In this document: positions 61,061 through 64,000 of the stretch, in pieces | Numbering within the stretch: the first letter of the stretch is position 1 | Layout of the letters: every line of letters begins with the position of its first letter | NCBI GenBank assembly: GCA_030390025.1 | Contig: CM059432.1 | Location: 6,882,001 to 6,946,000 of the forward strand | DNA: 64,000 bases | Origin: Squalus acanthias | Taxonomy: Eukaryota | Direction: 5' to 3' | Program-made: the position numbers and the translations under genes | Notes under the pieces: generated by a model | Seen by the model: only the letters and a program-made list of their open reading frames with translations | Databases searched by the model: none | Told to the model about the DNA's origin: nothing

Positions 61061-62187
61061 CGTTACAGAGATAGGGAGGGAAACTGAGAAGCATAGCTGC
61101 AGCTAAGAGGCCACACAGTTTAGTGACTTCTTTCTGCAGCTTGTGGTTCGTTCCATAAATACCAGTGGGACTGGAGATGAAAGGCACAAGCTTTTTCTGT
61201 GACAATTTACACCACAACATGGGTTTGCTCCGGCCTTGTGGTACTTTTGTGCAAACTTAGCAATTAAAGGGGCAGTACTGTCAGCTTTGTTCTCTACCCT
61301 TAGCAAAACAAATTGTTACCTGTTTAGAACTATAATCAGATCGTGCCTTTAAGTCATAACGTGAAAATTTACCTGCTGAATTGGTGAACGCAGACAGCAC
61401 AGTTTGTGGTTTGTACAAGTAAAATTGGATGACCCGCATAGCGATGCACATTATTCCTCGAAACAAGATGCTTGTAAATCTGTTTACCCAGCCCCTTGTG
61501 ACTTTGAGCTTATTTTGTGCAAAGCTCGATTGAAAAGAATGACTAGTAAACAGTTGACCTCCCAGTAGTCATGAATAAAAATAGTATGTCTCCTGTTTAA
61601 AATAAATTCAGCCATTTCCCACTCCTTCCCATATTGCTAGCATATTGGTTGACAGAATATTTCAGGGAGCAGATGTTTCCAAATGGTCTGACATACAAGC
61701 ATGCAGGAATAGAGCAATGATGGTTTGTTTATAAGCAAAGTTGCTGAATCTGATTATCACGAGGCACAACTATTCAGTATGAATGGACTTAACTCGGCTC
61801 CAATTCATCTTAGAGTTGTGAAGAAAGATTTCCAAACTCCGCTTCACATTGATTGCAATCATTGCGCAATACTGTGCAACTGTTGTTGAGATTCAGAATT
61901 ATGTTCAGTTCCTTAAATGTAACTGCAATTGCACAGTGCGTACCCCATCAATGGAAGATGGTAATGCGCACAAGAAGTGCAGTATATCTCCAGTTTAAGG
62001 AACTACGGCCTCAGTTATAATAACTGCAACCCCTGTGCTGTGCCTAATTTTGGAACTTTTTAGTCAGTCTACTGAACCTTAACAGTTTGATATATTTTAT
62101 AAAAATTCAAATTTATGAAATGTGTTTCTTCTAAGCTTTAAGAACTTCACCGGCATTCAGAGGCCAGTGAGCTGCAATTTTTTTAAA

Positions 62188-62505
62188 TTATTCATTCACG
62201 GGATGTGGGCGTCGCTGGCAATGCCAGCATTTATTGCCCATCTCTGATTGCCCTTGGTAAGCTGCCTTCTTGAACCGCTGCAGTCCGTGTGGTGAAGGTG
62301 CTCCCACAGTGCTGTTAGGGAGGGAGTTCCAGGATTTTGACCCAGCAACGATGAAGGAACGGCCGATATATTTCCAAGTCGGGATGGTGTGTGACTTGGA
62401 GGGGAACTTGGAGGTGGTGGTGTTCCCATGCGCTTGCTGTCCTTGTCCTTCTAGGCGGTAGGGGTCACGGGTTTGGGAGGTCCTATCGAAGAAGCCTTGG
62501 CGAAA
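62188..62505 (-). mobile_element. LINE 3' end with the family-B tail
   Basis: SFIVAGSKSWNSLP...GLQRFKKAA; homologous to 35272-35578 and 19700-19830. Confidence 0.8.
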
Positions 62506-62762
62506 TCTGCGTGTTTGTCTAAGTATGCACGCACAGAACTTTGCTTTCTGTGCTAAACGGGTGGTGTGAGCTGCCACTGTCACTCTGCACTGTCCACTCG
62601 CAACAAAACTCCAAATGCCATCACTTGTGCAAAAGAAAATAGAATTATTGTCTGGGTAAGCTTCTGTATGCTATATAACTATGTGTGTACGTACAAAAGC
62701 CTCTAGTACTAATATCTTTTGAAGGAAGATCTCGCAGAACCAAAACTAGTTTGGAGGTTCTT

Positions 62763-63127
62763 GTGTCACCATGGGTCAGTTGGTAGCACTCTCGCCTCAG
62801 AGTCAGAAGGTGGTAAGTCCAAGTCCCACTCCAGAGATGAACAGTACTGAGGGAGCGCTGCACTGTCGGAGGTGCCGTATTTCGGATGAGATGTTAAACC
62901 GAGGCTCCGTCTGCCCTCTCAGGTGGACATAAAAGATTCCATAGCGCTATTTCGAAGATGACCAGGGGAGATCTCCCCATTGTCCTGGCCAATATTTATC
63001 CCTCAACCAACATCATTCAAACAGATTATCTGGTCATTAACTCATTGCTGTTTGTGGGACCTTGCTGTGCGTAAATTGGCCACCATGTTTCCTACGTTAC
63101 AGCAGTGACTACACTTCAAAAGTATTT
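62763..63127 (+). mobile_element. SINE family A, truncated by a CR1 insertion
   Basis: Head gtgtcaccatgggtcagttggtagcac; body matches 36040-36330. Confidence 0.82.
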
Positions 63128-64000
63128 CATAAGAGATTAGCGTGTAAAGTTAAGGCACATGGGATTGGGGGCAAGGTATTGACTTGGATAGAGAACTGGT
63201 TGGCGGACAGAAAGCAGAGAGTAGGAATTAATGGGTCTTTTTCCAAGTGGCAGGCAGTGATTAGTGGGGTACCGCAGGGTTCGGTCCTTGGACCCCAGCT
63301 ATTCACAATATACATTAATGATCTGGATAAGGGAACTAAATGTTATATCTCCAAGTTTGCAGATGACACAAAGCTGGGTGGGCGTGTGTGCTCCGAGGAG
63401 GATACTGAGAAACTCCAGGATGATTTGGACAGGTTGGGTGAGTGGGCAGAAGCGTGGCAGATGCGAGGTTATCCACTTTGGTGTCAAAAAACAGAAAGGC
63501 AGACTATTATCTGAATGGCAATAAATTGGGAGAAGGGGAAGTGCAACGAGACCTGGGTGTCCTTGTGCACCAGTCGCTGAAGGTAAGCATGCAGGTGCAG
63601 CAGGCGGTGAAGAAGGCAAATGGTATGTTGGCCTTCATAGCGAAAGGGTTTGAGTATAGGAACAGTGATGTCCTGCTGCAGTTGTACAGGGCCTTGGTGA
63701 GACCACACCTTGAGTACTGTGTGCAGTTTTGGTCGCCTTATCTGAGGAAGGATGCTCTTGCCATGGAAGGAGTTCAGCGAAGATTCACAAGGCTGATACC
63801 TGGGATGGCAGGAATGACATATGAGGAGAGATTGGGTCGATTGGGCTTATACTCACTGGAGTATAGAAGAATGAGAGGGGATCTCATCGAAACATATAAA
63901 ATTCTGACAGGTCTGGGCAAACTAGATGCAGGAAGAATGTTCCCGATGGTCGGAGAGTCCAGAACCAGGGGTCATAATCTAAGGATAAGGGGTAAGCCAT
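63128..64000 (+). mobile_element. CR1 LINE RT region, running off the window
   Basis: [32 protein letters not shown]. Very similar to 9117-9875, with a small frameshifting deletion near 63462. Confidence 0.93.

Noticed and set aside
51152..64000. miR-875/miR-599 cluster, recalled as lying in a human VPS13B intron near here
   Set aside because: I could not find the mature sequences on either strand by eye. The cctgataaaa at about 52719 does not extend. The cluster may lie beyond the window.

Overview
Vertebrate genomic DNA, most likely from a shark or other cartilaginous fish, judging by the repeat complement (CR1, L2, tRNA-derived SINEs, Penelope and Harbinger-like MITEs). The whole window lies inside one large + strand gene, VPS13B (COH1). 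Seven internal coding exons are recognisable, with canonical AG/GT ends and consistent phases: 13170-13373, 36653-36824, 38859-38973, 45220-45286, 46870-47011, 47868-48279 and 51040-51151. Two of them (67 nt and 142 nt) form a duplicated, mutually exclusive pair matching human exon 28b/28. The introns hold 5'-truncated CR1 and L2 LINEs, two SINE families, PIF/Harbinger-type MITEs with 3-bp TSDs, Penelope-like fragments carrying minimal hammerhead-ribozyme cores, and a ~1.7 kb C-rich minisatellite just upstream of the alternative exons. There are no prokaryotic features or CRISPR arrays. I cannot support a wholly new system. The best leads are the frame-policed exon pair, the hammerhead-bearing Penelope inverted repeat, the splice-donor-rich MITE family, the minisatellite and some unexplained intronic hairpins. 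Repeat boundaries are approximate unless a TSD is given, and protein matches are from recall, not from a search.
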